A stretch of DNA of 55,583 nucleotides from Nitrosomonas sp. (GCA_032251195.1 JAVVEX010000001.1:1-55583), one strand, 5' to 3'. Positions 22,624-33,579 are shown, numbered from the stretch's first letter. The notes: generated by a model not told the origin, from the sequence alone. A program made the numbers and translations.

Positions 22624-23307
22624 ATGCTGCAAAAAATCAAACAAAATATGGGTGAGCTGGGGGCATTAAACACATTATTGTATTTGTTTAATAAATTGCT
22701 TTATAGGATCAGCTTTAGAAAGATAATTCTGCATAAATATTACATAACGCAACAACCTGTTTCATCACAAAAGCTGGTACCGATTAATAAGGCGCTTGAT
22801 ATTGAAATAAAACAAATTGATACGAATGATATGTTGCTGGAGCAAATGGATAGACCACTCAGTACTTTGCAAGCACGTTTTAATGATGGGGGGAACTGTT
22901 TTGTTGCGCTGAAGAGAGGCAGATTTGCTGGTAATTTGTGGTTGAATTTTGATAAATATCAGGAAGATGAGGTTAGATGTACTTATACATTGCAGCCAAC
23001 TGGTCGGGCTGCGTGGGATTATGATGTATTTGTTGTGCCCGAATTTCGTTTTTCTTATGTTTTTGCCAAACTGTGGGAACATGCGAACGCTGTTATGTCC
23101 TCGCGTGGTGTCGTGTATGTGTACAGTAGAATTAATTTTTATAATATATCGTCACTCCGAGCTCATAAAAAGCTTGGCAGCAAGATTATTGGTTCGCTGG
23201 TATTTATTACAATAGGTAATTTCCAGATATCTGTCAGTAACCGTTTCAAGCCATATTTGACCATAAGTGTAGATCAGGATACGTTCCCAACAATTTTTAT
23301 TAAATAG
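22624..23307 (+). CDS. Hypothetical GNAT-fold protein, AT-rich
   Basis: WDYDVFV.PEFR and N..SLRAHKKLG GNAT-like motifs; visibly lower GC than neighbours. Confidence 0.6.
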   Translation: MLQKIKQNMGELGALNTLLYLFNKLLYRISFRKIILHKYYITQQPVSSQKLVPINKALDIEIKQIDTNDMLLEQMDRPLSTLQARFNDGGNCFVALKRGRFAGNLWLNFDKYQEDEVRCTYTLQPTGRAAWDYDVFVVPEFRFSYVFAKLWEHANAVMSSRGVVYVYSRINFYNISSLRAHKKLGSKIIGSLVFITIGNFQISVSNRFKPYLTISVDQDTFPTIFIK

Positions 23308-23472
23308 CAGGAACATACGCTATTACTACTTCCATGATTCTCTGCAAGAAAATTGCGATCACAATATACTGGCGGTACAATGTGGATCACAGCTGGAAGG
23401 CTTTTAAATATTATGCGGATTATGGTCACATTCGATCCGAAACACGCATCATTCTGTAAGCGAGAGACTACC

Positions 23473-24879
23473 TTGCAAAAAAACAAACTTATTTTTTGTG
23501 CCAGCGTTCAATCTATATTCGTTTTGGCAATATTGCTGCTTTTGTCCTGTTCGGTGTTGGCAAATAATGCGGCAACCCATGAATATATTCTGGAAAATGG
23601 TCTCAGGCTGATTATCAGGGAGGATCATCGTTCGCCCGTTATTATTCAACAGATATGGTACAAAGTTGGCAGCGTGGATGAGGTTAATGGCAAGACCGGT
23701 GTTGCTCATGCGTTGGAGCATATGATGTTTAAAGGCACAGCCAACGTGCCCGCAGGAGAATTTTCCCGCAGAATCGCGGCGGCTGGCGGTGCAGAAAATG
23801 CTTTTACCGGAGCGGACTACACGGCCTACTACCAGCAGTTGCACAAGCAGCATTTGCCCATGGCAATGGAGCTTGAATCTGATCGCATGCGTAACCTGCT
23901 TCTGACCGAAGAGGAGTTCTCCAAGGAAATTCAGGTGGTGATGGAAGAACGGCGGCTGCGCACGGAGGACCAGGCGCATGCGTTGCTGTATGAGAAAATG
24001 ATGGCAACCGCCTTTCAGGCACATCCTTATCGCCGCCCGATTATTGGCTGGATGAATGATCTTGAACATATGCGTGTCAGTGACCATCAGGCGTGGTATG
24101 ACAAATGGTATGCTCCTAATAATGCGGTACTGGTAATCGTTGGCGATGTCAAGCCAGCAGAAGTGCTTGCGCTCACCCAAAAATATTATGGGAAGATCAA
24201 GTCTTCGCCGCTGCCAGGTTTGGCTGAACGTAATCCGCAGACCGAGCCAGCGCAGGTTGGCATAAAACGCTTGCAGGTCAAGGCGCCTGCGGAGCTTCCA
24301 TATTTATTGATGGGATATAAAGTACCGACCCTAAAAGATCCCAAAAATGACTGGGAGCCCTATGCGCTTGAGATTCTTGAGGGTATTCTGGATGGTAATG
24401 CTTCGGCCAGACTCAATAAAACCCTGGTGCGTGACACACGCATGGCTGTTTCAGCAGGGGCGGGTTATAGCGCGATCGCACGCGGACTTGGCATGTTTTA
24501 TCTGGACGCCACGCCAAGTCAGGGCACAACCATTGAGAAACTGGAACAATCCATTCGGCAGGAAATCGACAAAATTATTCAGTCTGGCATTACGGAGCAA
24601 GAGTTAAACCGTGTAAAAGCGCAGGTTGTCGCCGGTCACGTTTATCAACTGGATTCAATATCTGCTCAGGCAATGCAGATTGGCCGCCTGGAAAGCTCCG
24701 GGCTATCACACCGGGATGAAGCAATTATTTTGGAAAGATTAAAAGCAGTCGAAGCTGAACAGGTCAGGGAAGTTGCCAGAAAATATCTGATAGATGACGT
24801 GTTGACTGTCGCTGTCCTTGATCCTCAGCCGCTTGACAAGACCTCATCCGAAAAAGAATCGGTTAATTTGAGGCATTGA
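23473..24879 (+). CDS. M16 (pitrilysin-like) zinc peptidase with signal peptide
   Basis: LENGL, inverted zinc motif HALEH, ENAFT, YAPNN; start uncertain (TTG 23473). Confidence 0.9.
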   Translation: MQKNKLIFCASVQSIFVLAILLLLSCSVLANNAATHEYILENGLRLIIREDHRSPVIIQQIWYKVGSVDEVNGKTGVAHALEHMMFKGTANVPAGEFSRRIAAAGGAENAFTGADYTAYYQQLHKQHLPMAMELESDRMRNLLLTEEEFSKEIQVVMEERRLRTEDQAHALLYEKMMATAFQAHPYRRPIIGWMNDLEHMRVSDHQAWYDKWYAPNNAVLVIVGDVKPAEVLALTQKYYGKIKSSPLPGLAERNPQTEPAQVGIKRLQVKAPAELPYLLMGYKVPTLKDPKNDWEPYALEILEGILDGNASARLNKTLVRDTRMAVSAGAGYSAIARGLGMFYLDATPSQGTTIEKLEQSIRQEIDKIIQSGITEQELNRVKAQVVAGHVYQLDSISAQAMQIGRLESSGLSHRDEAIILERLKAVEAEQVREVARKYLIDDVLTVAVLDPQPLDKTSSEKESVNLRH

Positions 24880-25006
24880 TTTTTCTCGTGCCTCGTTTTG
24901 TTTGACACTTTAAATTTTCAGAGGCATCCTCCAGAATATCTCACCAGGATCGATATCTTGGCTTTTCTCTGCATTGTGGACAAATTTTCGCTTTCCATCT
25001 GACCGA

Positions 25007-26092
25007 ATGTTCCGCCCGATACGCACCATCATCGACACTGCTGCGTTGCAGCATAATCTTGCTGTTATTCGGCAAAAGGTTGGACATGCAAGCACGATCG
25101 CCGTCATTAAAGCGGATGCATACGGGCACGGTTTATTGCACACTGCGCGCGCGCTCAGCGCAGCTGATGCCTTTGCTGTGCTCGAATTGGAAGCTGCCGT
25201 GCAGTTAAGGGACGCCGGATTTCATCAACCCATTATTTTGCTGGAAGGGTTTTTCTCGACCAATGAGCTTGATGTCATCAGTCAGCGGCGTTTGAGTACG
25301 ATTATTCATCATCATGAACAACTATCCATGCTCTCTGCCTACAAGGGGAGCAACAAACTGGATGTTTTTTTGAAAATCAATACAGGCATGAACCGTCTCG
25401 GTTTTAAGCCACATTCAGGATATTCAGCGCTACATGCACTGAAGCAGCGGAAATTCATCGGCAACATCACTCTGATGACACATTTTGCCTGTGCGGACGA
25501 GATAGCGGAACAGCATCTGATTATGCAGCAGCTAAAGGAATTTGCATCACTTCGGGCCGAATGTGGTGGCGATCTGCCTTGTTCTCTTGCAAATTCCGCT
25601 GCCATCTTGCGTTATCCACAAACCCATGCGGACTGGGTGCGTCCGGGTCTGCTGCTTTACGGAGTGTCTCCACTACCAGAGAAAACCGGCGCGGAACTTG
25701 GATTGCAACCGGCCATGACATTAACCAGCCAGATCATCGCCATACAAAACCTTAACCCAGGGGATAGGATAGGTTACGGCGCGCAGTTCATCGCAAGTGA
25801 CTCTATGCGGATTGGTATCGTAGCCGCTGGCTATGCCGACGGCTACCCACGTCACGCGCCTACCGGTACACCAGTGCTGGTAGATGGCCAGCGCACACGG
25901 ATTGTCGGAAGAGTTTCAATGGATATGCTCAGCATTGACTTGCAAGGGCTTGATAATGCGAACATTGGCAGTGCGGTGACTCTTTGGGGGAAAGGATTGC
26001 CGGTGGAGATGATTGCCACTCCGGCACAAACCATCAGTTATGAACTGCTGGCGGCGATCTCTCCGAGAGTGCCACGTTGTGTTATATCTTGA
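25007..26092 (+). CDS. alr: Alanine racemase
   Basis: AVIKADAYGHG PLP Lys, TGMNRLG, GYADG, GRVSMD. Confidence 0.96.
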   Translation: MFRPIRTIIDTAALQHNLAVIRQKVGHASTIAVIKADAYGHGLLHTARALSAADAFAVLELEAAVQLRDAGFHQPIILLEGFFSTNELDVISQRRLSTIIHHHEQLSMLSAYKGSNKLDVFLKINTGMNRLGFKPHSGYSALHALKQRKFIGNITLMTHFACADEIAEQHLIMQQLKEFASLRAECGGDLPCSLANSAAILRYPQTHADWVRPGLLLYGVSPLPEKTGAELGLQPAMTLTSQIIAIQNLNPGDRIGYGAQFIASDSMRIGIVAAGYADGYPRHAPTGTPVLVDGQRTRIVGRVSMDMLSIDLQGLDNANIGSAVTLWGKGLPVEMIATPAQTISYELLAAISPRVPRCVIS

Positions 26093-26132
26093 AGAGTGCG
26101 CTGCCAACGACTGAGAACAAACGGTATTATAA

Positions 26133-26268
26133 GGACATCTCTAAAAATTCATTTTACAATACGTCATCATTCACAAAAAATATCTCCTTGCATATCAATA
26201 ATATGCTGCGTCAATGTTTTTTGTTCCTGCCCCGTCTTGTTTGAAACTCTAAATTTTTAGAGACGCCC
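26133..26268 (-). mobile_element. MITE-like repeat, family A (inverted orientation)
   Basis: GGACATCTCTAAAAATT ... AATTTTTAGAGACGCCC; reverse complement aligns along its length with 5741-5881. Confidence 0.85.
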
Positions 26269-26278
26269 ATAAGAAATT

Positions 26279-27070
26279 CTATTGAACTTTCGCAGACTTA
26301 CGTAAGGACTCCACGGTTGCGGCAAAATTTCGTTGCAATATTCTTTGCTCCATATTTTGTCTGACTTCCTCGAACGTCGGTGGTGTTGCTTTTCTCACAT
26401 CATCCAAATGAATCACATGCCACCCAAAAGATGTTTGAATCGGCTGTTGCGTCATCTGTCCTTTTTTCAGATTTGTCAGTGCATCGGCAAATGGCTTTAC
26501 ATAGACGGCTGACGAGCTCCATCCCAACTCACCACCTTTTTCCTTGCTACCGTTATCAATTGAGTGATTCTTGGCAAGTGTTGCAAAAGAAGCTTTTTTC
26601 CGAATTTGAGAGATAATATCTTTTGCTTCTTTTTCTGTTTCCACCAGAATATGTCGCGCGTTATATTCCTGGTCACCCATTTGTGCTTTGACAGTTTCAT
26701 ATTCCTTGCGAAGCTCTGCCTCACTAATCTGGTTGCTGCGAATATAATCTGCCTGATATGCCCGAATCAGTACTGCCTGGCGCGCCAAGTCAATCTGGGT
26801 CTTCACGTCAGGGTCACGATCCAGGCCTTTTTTGATTGCTTCCTGAGCCAGGATTTCCTCGGCAATCAGATTTTCCCGTAATGCGTTTCTCATTTCATCC
26901 GAATCAGGTTGACCCTGCGCCGTTGCGGCTTTAATCATCAGATCAAGGCGTGCTTGTGGGATGGCGACGCCATTTACCTTGGCAACTGTTCCACTGCTTT
27001 GGGCATGCACCGTAGTAGCCACTGCCATTGCCATAACAAGCATATAAGATACTAATTTAGTTAAACGCAT
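26279..27070 (-). CDS. Periplasmic parvulin-type peptidyl-prolyl isomerase
   Basis: Signal peptide; ARHILV, GGELGW, FGWHVI. Confidence 0.9.
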   Translation of the reverse strand: MRLTKLVSYMLVMAMAVATTVHAQSSGTVAKVNGVAIPQARLDLMIKAATAQGQPDSDEMRNALRENLIAEEILAQEAIKKGLDRDPDVKTQIDLARQAVLIRAYQADYIRSNQISEAELRKEYETVKAQMGDQEYNARHILVETEKEAKDIISQIRKKASFATLAKNHSIDNGSKEKGGELGWSSSAVYVKPFADALTNLKKGQMTQQPIQTSFGWHVIHLDDVRKATPPTFEEVRQNMEQRILQRNFAATVESLRKSAKVQ

Positions 27071-27198
27071 AAAATTCCTTCTCTTTTTAAATGAATCAAA
27101 TTAAATGAATACACAGAAACGGTACATACGGCAATCAACAAACAGTCATCAAACTCTGGACAGTCGGAGTAGATCGCAGTTCCCCGCCAGCCAGGTCA

Positions 27199-27501
27199 TC
27201 AGTCTGGCAAAACCTTTTTGAAGGGCTTGACGCTAACGTTCGCATAAACACCGGCCAATACATAGGGATCCTGATCTGCCCAATCACGGGCGGCGTCCAG
27301 AGACGGGAATTCAGCAACAATAATACTACCAGAGAACCCGGCATCTCCGGGTGTCTCGCTGTCGATTATCGGGCATGGTCCCGCCAAAATCAGTCGCCCT
27401 TCTTCCTGCAGATAGCGCAGACGCGCCAGATGCGCAGGCCGGTTGGTCAATCGCAATGGCAGGCTGTCAGCAACATCCTCGGCATAAATTAAATAAAGCA
27501 T
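27199..27501 (-). CDS. yciI: YciI-family protein
   Basis: RPAHL, AGP, GS.IVAEF, DPY. Confidence 0.9.
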   Translation of the reverse strand: MLYLIYAEDVADSLPLRLTNRPAHLARLRYLQEEGRLILAGPCPIIDSETPGDAGFSGSIIVAEFPSLDAARDWADQDPYVLAGVYANVSVKPFKKVLPD

Positions 27502-27602
27502 ATTCTAAAAACCTATATTTCCTTAAATACCAATCATATGCTGTGTCAATATTTTTTGTTCTCGCCTCCTCTTGTTTGAAGCTTTGCATTTTTAGAGACG
27601 TC
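27497..27602 (-). mobile_element. MITE-like repeat, family A, internally deleted; overlaps the yciI start
   Basis: Reverse complement GACGTCTCTAAAAATG...CAAACAAG...AAAAATATTGACACAGCATATG...AAATATAGGTTTTTAGAATATGC. Confidence 0.75.
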
Positions 27603-27645
27603 TTTTATTGAAACCGCACAGTTTATTGCCAAAGAAGATGACCAA

Positions 27646-28800
27646 TTATGGCAGAATTGGTGGCAATTGGGTTGTTAGTGCGCTCCGCTCGGCGGTCGCT
27701 GCTCCCAGCAAGGCAAAACCGAGCAAATCACCTGTTTTTGATCGATACAATGCCTTTACGCCATTCTCTCTGGCCTCAATCTCCCATTCTCCATCAGCTG
27801 CAGGATCGGGCGGCGACACGATCGTTGGACAAGCAGGCGTTTTAACCAGCACCGGCATCGCCGGATAACGCAACACAGTTGGTGTGCCGGCAAGTGTCGC
27901 GGCCAGGGCGCGTCCTGCATGCGTGATTGGCATAACAAAAGGTAATACTTTTCCATCTACTTCCGCGCAATCACCCAGCGCATAAATATCCTGAAAATTG
28001 GTTTGCAGATAACGATTTACCTTGATGCCGCGACCAATGGCAATACCGGCGACATCTGCTAGTGCGGTACGGGATCTCAGACCAATAGCAGACAAAACAA
28101 GTTCTGCTTCAGTGAATTCATCTTCTCCGGAAAACAGCCGATATTGCGCACCATCTCTGTCGATTCTGCTGATACTGCTATTAAATCTGAAATCGACACC
28201 GACCGCAGCTAATTTGTCACGAAGAAACTGACCAGCTTGCGGAGGTAGCAGCCGTCCCAACGGCTGGGGACTCAAATCAAAGACTGTCACCTGATAACCC
28301 TGTGCAGCGAGGTCATTGGCAAATTCACAGCCAATCAGGCCCGCACCCAAAATAGCGATACGTTTTTTTTCTGACAGCGATTCACGAAAATGACGGTAAT
28401 CATCAAGATCATTGACTGACAATACCATTTGCGCCCCTTCTCCGGCAAGTGGCAAACGAATGGGATCCGCGCCCAAAGCCAATACCAGCCGCTGGAAAGT
28501 CAGCCGTTCACCGTTTTCAAGCAAAACGCTCTTCCCATCAGGGTCAATTGATTCCACCCGTGTATGCGGGCGGATAACAATCTTTAACTGCGCTGACATC
28601 TGAGCTGCGTCTGCGCTCAGAATCGAATCGGGCGTTTTGCCGGTTGTCAACGCATTGGATAGCATGGGTTTTGAATAAAAACCACCGTGATCGGCTGATA
28701 ACATTGTAATTTGTATTGCGTCATTCAGTTTTCTAAGTTCACGTGCAACCGCATAACCGGCCAGCCCGCTACCGATAATCAGAACAGAATGATCAACCAT
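27646..28800 (-). CDS. FAD-dependent oxidoreductase, rubredoxin-NAD(+) reductase-like
   Basis: GSGLAG, YSKPMLS, GAGLIGCEF, GDCAE, VKTP. Confidence 0.85.
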   Translation of the reverse strand: MVDHSVLIIGSGLAGYAVARELRKLNDAIQITMLSADHGGFYSKPMLSNALTTGKTPDSILSADAAQMSAQLKIVIRPHTRVESIDPDGKSVLLENGERLTFQRLVLALGADPIRLPLAGEGAQMVLSVNDLDDYRHFRESLSEKKRIAILGAGLIGCEFANDLAAQGYQVTVFDLSPQPLGRLLPPQAGQFLRDKLAAVGVDFRFNSSISRIDRDGAQYRLFSGEDEFTEAELVLSAIGLRSRTALADVAGIAIGRGIKVNRYLQTNFQDIYALGDCAEVDGKVLPFVMPITHAGRALAATLAGTPTVLRYPAMPVLVKTPACPTIVSPPDPAADGEWEIEARENGVKALYRSKTGDLLGFALLGAATAERSALTTQLPPILP

Positions 28801-29062
28801 GCTACGATTTCCTTTATTTTTAATGGTTACCGGGATAGATACAAGAGTAGCCGATGCTAATATTGTCAAGCACGCGGCACAACACGCGCTATCCTCGAAA
28901 ATAAGTGATTGTACTGTAATGGTCTGCTGAAGTTGGAAGGTTTTATAGTCTGGAATTCAAGTTGAATCAGGAAACCAAAGATTTGAGTAAACCGGTTTCG
29001 GCAATTACAATATCTGTCATCGACTTTGCCGATTTTTGTATCCGGTTCCTGAGATCTCGAAT

Positions 29063-29749
29063 TCAGGTGTGTCCGTCAGTCAACACGCCATCCACCAGCT
29101 GCAACACTCGATCTGCCCGACTGGCAAGCTGGATATCATGGGTTACGATGATCATGCCGGCATTCACCTTGCGATTCAGACGCAACATCAGATCGAACAC
29201 ACCCTCCGCAGTATGTCGGTCAAGATTGCCGGTTGGTTCATCCGCCAGCACACAGGCTGGCAACGTCACCAATGCGCGCGCGACTGCGGCACGTTGACGT
29301 TCGCCTCCGGACAATTCGCCCGGAGTATGGGTCAGGCGATGCTCAAGACCAACGTTGCACAACATTTGCGCTGCTTGTTCCATTGCGGTCTTTTTGTCGA
29401 CACGTCGGATCAGTAGCGGCATCGCCACATTTTCCTGTGCGGTAAATTCTGCCAGCAAATGATGAAACTGATAAACAAAACCGAGAAACTGGTTACGTAA
29501 ACGTCCGCGCTGCTGCTCGCTGACCTTGGCCAGATCCTGATCCTGCAGCAGTATTTCGCCCTGGGTTGGGTTGTCCAGCCCACCGAGCAGATGCAGCAGG
29601 GTGCTTTTTCCTGAACCGGAGGCACCAACAATTGCAACCAGTTCGCCCTCATGCAGCTGCAGATTGACGCCGTGCAGTACCGGCACTTCATGTTTGCCCT
29701 GAAAATAACTTTTGTGCAAATTGCGACAGGCGATGACGGTTTTACTCAT
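29063..29749 (-). CDS. lolD: Lipoprotein-releasing ABC transporter ATPase
   Basis: [28 protein letters not shown]. Confidence 0.95.
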   Translation of the reverse strand: MSKTVIACRNLHKSYFQGKHEVPVLHGVNLQLHEGELVAIVGASGSGKSTLLHLLGGLDNPTQGEILLQDQDLAKVSEQQRGRLRNQFLGFVYQFHHLLAEFTAQENVAMPLLIRRVDKKTAMEQAAQMLCNVGLEHRLTHTPGELSGGERQRAAVARALVTLPACVLADEPTGNLDRHTAEGVFDLMLRLNRKVNAGMIIVTHDIQLASRADRVLQLVDGVLTDGHT

Positions 29750-30989
29750 AGCGTAGCGCCTCGGCTGGATTCACTTTGGATGCGCGATAGCTTGGATAGA
29801 GCGTTGCCAGCAGCGTCAACACGAACGAGACGAGTGCAACTGTAACGATATCCGTCAGCTGCGGCTCGGAAGGAATTTTGCTGATGTAATATACTTCCTG
29901 CGACAAAAACTGGATGTTAAATAGCCCCTCGATCCACGCCACCAGATCACCGACGTTAACCGCCAGTAAAATTCCACCCAGCAAGCCGAGTATTGTGCCC
30001 AGCAAACCAATCATTGTGCCCTGCACGATAAAAATCTTCATGATGCTGCCGGGACTTGCCCCCAGCGTGCGCAGAATCGCAATATCCGATTGCTTGTCCG
30101 TCACTGCCATCACCAGGGTTGAAACGATATTAAACGCCGCCACCGCAATAATTAACGCAAGAATCAGCGATAACATGCGCTTTTCAATCTGAATTGCCCG
30201 GAAATAATTGGCGTGTTGCTGCGTCCAGTCGGTCAGGTAAAAGTCTGCTGTCAGCTGATTCACCAAGTCACGCACTACCTGTGGCGCCTGGAACAGGTCA
30301 TGCAATTTTAGCCGAACGCCGGAAACTGCGTTTGGCGCCATGCGATACAGCTTTTGTGCATCGGCCAGGTGAATCAATGCCAGGCCGGAGTCATATTCAA
30401 AATGTCCTGCTTCAAATACGCCCACCACCGTAAACTGCTTCATGCGCGGCAGAATACCGGCTGGCGTTACCTGTCCCTGCGGGGAGATCAGCGTGATTTT
30501 ATCACCAGGGTAGGCGCCGAGGCTGCGAGCCAGTTCCAGGCCGATCACCATGCCAAATGTGCCCGCCTGTAATTGACTGAGCTCGCCCATCACCATCCTG
30601 TTGGCAAAATCCGCTACCTTGTTTTCGGTATCCGGCAAAATGCCACGGACACTAACGCCGCGCACAGTTTGCTGATAGGAAAGCATTCCCTGCGCATCGA
30701 CATAGGGAGCGGCTGCAGCAACTTGTGGCTGCTTCATGGCCACTGCCGCAATATCCTGCCAATCCGTCATGCTGCCCTGGAAACTGCTAATCTGCACATG
30801 CGAAGCCACTCCCAGAATGCGCGCGCGCACTTCCTTGTGAAAACCATTCATCACCGACATGACGGTGATCAGCGCCGTCATTCCCAGCGTAATCCCCAGC
30901 AACGAGATCAGCGAGATGAAGGAAATGAAATGATTGCGGCGCTTGGCGCGTGTATAACGCAGGCCAATCATAAATTCGTATGCGGTCAC
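29742..30989 (-). CDS. lolC: Lipoprotein-releasing ABC transporter permease LolC/E
   Basis: [26 protein letters not shown]. Confidence 0.92.
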   Translation of the reverse strand: MTAYEFMIGLRYTRAKRRNHFISFISLISLLGITLGMTALITVMSVMNGFHKEVRARILGVASHVQISSFQGSMTDWQDIAAVAMKQPQVAAAAPYVDAQGMLSYQQTVRGVSVRGILPDTENKVADFANRMVMGELSQLQAGTFGMVIGLELARSLGAYPGDKITLISPQGQVTPAGILPRMKQFTVVGVFEAGHFEYDSGLALIHLADAQKLYRMAPNAVSGVRLKLHDLFQAPQVVRDLVNQLTADFYLTDWTQQHANYFRAIQIEKRMLSLILALIIAVAAFNIVSTLVMAVTDKQSDIAILRTLGASPGSIMKIFIVQGTMIGLLGTILGLLGGILLAVNVGDLVAWIEGLFNIQFLSQEVYYISKIPSEPQLTDIVTVALVSFVLTLLATLYPSYRASKVNPAEALRYE

Positions 30990-31138
30990 GAATATTTCTC
31001 TTAGAAATCAATCAAGCGCGAAGTATGCCACATCTTGTGAATATCGTTATGACACAACGCATTCATCGGTACGGGTTTTCTACAAAAGATTACATGTTAT
31101 GCTGATAAACAGCATGTTTCCCGTTTGGAGGGCGCATC

Positions 31139-32560
31139 ATGGGACAAGAAATTTCAGTCGATCACTTCAGTTCCGCAGCGCGGGCACGGTTCAAGCAGTG
31201 CCTGTCAACGGAGACGACATTGCTGCGAGACACACTGGCATCGGGGCAGTTTTCCGCATCCGGCTTCGTTGCCGGGTTTGAGTTGGAAGCATGGCTGCTC
31301 GATCGCCATCTTTTTCCTGTTGCCAATAATGAAACCTACCTGGCGCATCTTAACCATCCATTGGTTGTGCCGGAGTTATCGCGCTTCAATATTGAACTGA
31401 ATGGCACGCCACTGGCCTTGCAAGGGAATGCCCTGATGCGAATGGAACATGAGCTTGCAGGGACATGGCGGCAATGTAGGCTGAAAGCGCGGGATATCGG
31501 TAGCGAGCTGATCATGATCGGCATCCTGCCAACCGTGCGTGAGCAGGATTTATGCCTGGCGAATATGTCACCGCTCAATCGTTACCATGTGCTTAATGCT
31601 GAAGTAATCAAACGCCGGCATGGCAAACCGATCACCGTTGATATTCGTGGCAGGGACCAACTGTCACTGTCTCATTCTGATGTCATGCTGGAAGCAGCCG
31701 CTACCTCTTTTCAGGTGCATTTACAGATTCCTGCAGAAAAAGCAGCGCGCTACTATAATGCCTCACTGATGCTATGTGGGCCGCTGGTCGCCGCCACGGC
31801 CAACGCACCTTATCTTTTTCAGCATGATTTGTGGGAAGAAACCCGCATTCCGCTGTTCGAGCAATCGGTTAATCTGGGGGAGCGGATGGCAAAGCGCGTG
31901 ACCTTTGGCTCTGGCTATCTGCAAGAGAGTATTGTGGAATGCTTCGAAGAAAACATTGCTGACTATGAAATTCTGTTACCAGTGAAATTTGATTCATCTC
32001 CTATGCATTTCGAGCATTTACGACTTCACAACGGCACCATCTGGCGCTGGGTGCGGCCATTGATCGGCCTCGACCAGACAGGTAGGCCCCATGTGCGCAT
32101 CGAACAACGCGTCATGGCGGCCGGCCCGAGCATCATCGACCAGATCGCCAATGCGGCTTTTTATTATGGCGCGGTACATTATTTGGCGGAGCAGCCGCAT
32201 CCACCGGAAACTGATCTGCCATTTACTGCGATTCGTGACAATTTTTATCATGCCGCCAGACACGGGCTGGATGCCATTTTTCAATGGCCACAGGCGAGGT
32301 CGGTTACGGCAGGCGCATTGATTCTGGATCATTTGTTACCATTGGCGGCACAAGGTTTGACCATGTTGGGGATAGACCAGCATTCCCGATCACGTTACCT
32401 GGACGTCATCGATGCGCGTATTCAATCCCGCCAGACCGGCGCCAGCTGGCAGCATGCCAATCTTGCCTATCATCATGGAGACTATCAGCAATTGACCGCC
32501 AGTTATCTTCGTCATCAGTTGCGCGGTCAACCCGTGCATACGTGGAATCCATGCAGCTAA
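31139..32560 (+). CDS. Glutamate--cysteine ligase family 2 (carboxylate-amine ligase) protein
   Basis: GFELE, NIELN, SFQVH, IWRWVRP, RIEQR motifs of the GS/GCS fold. Confidence 0.8.
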   Translation: MGQEISVDHFSSAARARFKQCLSTETTLLRDTLASGQFSASGFVAGFELEAWLLDRHLFPVANNETYLAHLNHPLVVPELSRFNIELNGTPLALQGNALMRMEHELAGTWRQCRLKARDIGSELIMIGILPTVREQDLCLANMSPLNRYHVLNAEVIKRRHGKPITVDIRGRDQLSLSHSDVMLEAAATSFQVHLQIPAEKAARYYNASLMLCGPLVAATANAPYLFQHDLWEETRIPLFEQSVNLGERMAKRVTFGSGYLQESIVECFEENIADYEILLPVKFDSSPMHFEHLRLHNGTIWRWVRPLIGLDQTGRPHVRIEQRVMAAGPSIIDQIANAAFYYGAVHYLAEQPHPPETDLPFTAIRDNFYHAARHGLDAIFQWPQARSVTAGALILDHLLPLAAQGLTMLGIDQHSRSRYLDVIDARIQSRQTGASWQHANLAYHHGDYQQLTASYLRHQLRGQPVHTWNPCS

Positions 32561-33579
32561 AATTACGTGTTCTGCATGAAGTGCCGGAGGCTTTGCTTTC
32601 TGCCGGCAGCGACCAGCTCTACGACCTGCTTGGCGGGCCGACGCTGATCCATCTCGACGGCAACAGTACCGGTGACCGCCTGTTTGTTTCAACCCTGCTG
32701 CATGGAAACGAAGATACCGGCTGGTTGGCAATCAGGGCGCTGCTTGCGAAATATATCGCATCAGGTAGTCGTCACAGACTGCCGCGCGGCTTGTCAATAT
32801 TTATCGGCAATGTCGCGGCTGCACGGCTGCGGTTGCGGCGTTTCGATGATCAGCCGGATTACAATCGCGTATGGCCTGGCTCAAAAGATGTTGACAGCGC
32901 GGAGAGCAAGCTGATGCGAGAAGTTGTCGAGGTAATGAGCCAATACAAACTGTTCGCCAGTGTCGATATTCATAACAATACCGGCACCAATCCGCATTAC
33001 GCCTGCCTCACCTGGCTGGATGATCCTTTTTTTTACCTCGCCACGCTGTTCAGCCGTACTGTGGTTTATTTCCAGCAACCTCTCGGCACGCAAACGACTG
33101 CTTTTTCCACACGCTGTCCGGCAGTCGCGTTCGAATGTGGCAAACCCGGCAGCCCGGGCAGTACCGGCCACGCATTGCAATTTCTCGAATCCTGCCTGCA
33201 TTTACACGCATTTCCGTCGCACCCGTTTCCCAAACATGATATGGATTTATTTCATACCGTCGCTACTGTCAAGATCAGTGATCAAGCCACGTTTGGGTTC
33301 GGCCTGGACAATCATACGCTCAATTTTTCACCCGACTTGGATAGGTTGAATTTCCACGAACTCATGCCTGGCACAGTTCTGGGGTCGGTCAATGGTCGTG
33401 GCATAATCGGTCTTGCAGCAACCAACGGCGAAGGCGTCGATGTGACGGAGCGTTACTTTGCACTGCGCGACAAGCAACTGGTTACCAGACACCCATTGAT
33501 GCCGGCGATGTTGACCTGTGACAGCCGCGTGATCCGGCAGGATTGCTTGTGTTATTTGATGGAACGCATGGCGTTTTGA
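32551..33579 (+). CDS. M14-family zinc peptidase / AstE-AspA-like deacylase
   Basis: HGNE, DYNR, DIH, FECG; ATG 32551 overlaps the ligase stop. Confidence 0.8.
   Translation: MQLKLRVLHEVPEALLSAGSDQLYDLLGGPTLIHLDGNSTGDRLFVSTLLHGNEDTGWLAIRALLAKYIASGSRHRLPRGLSIFIGNVAAARLRLRRFDDQPDYNRVWPGSKDVDSAESKLMREVVEVMSQYKLFASVDIHNNTGTNPHYACLTWLDDPFFYLATLFSRTVVYFQQPLGTQTTAFSTRCPAVAFECGKPGSPGSTGHALQFLESCLHLHAFPSHPFPKHDMDLFHTVATVKISDQATFGFGLDNHTLNFSPDLDRLNFHELMPGTVLGSVNGRGIIGLAATNGEGVDVTERYFALRDKQLVTRHPLMPAMLTCDSRVIRQDCLCYLMERMAF

Noticed and set aside
28801-29062. Expected rubredoxin gene upstream of the reductase
   Set aside because: No ORF with paired CxxC motifs found
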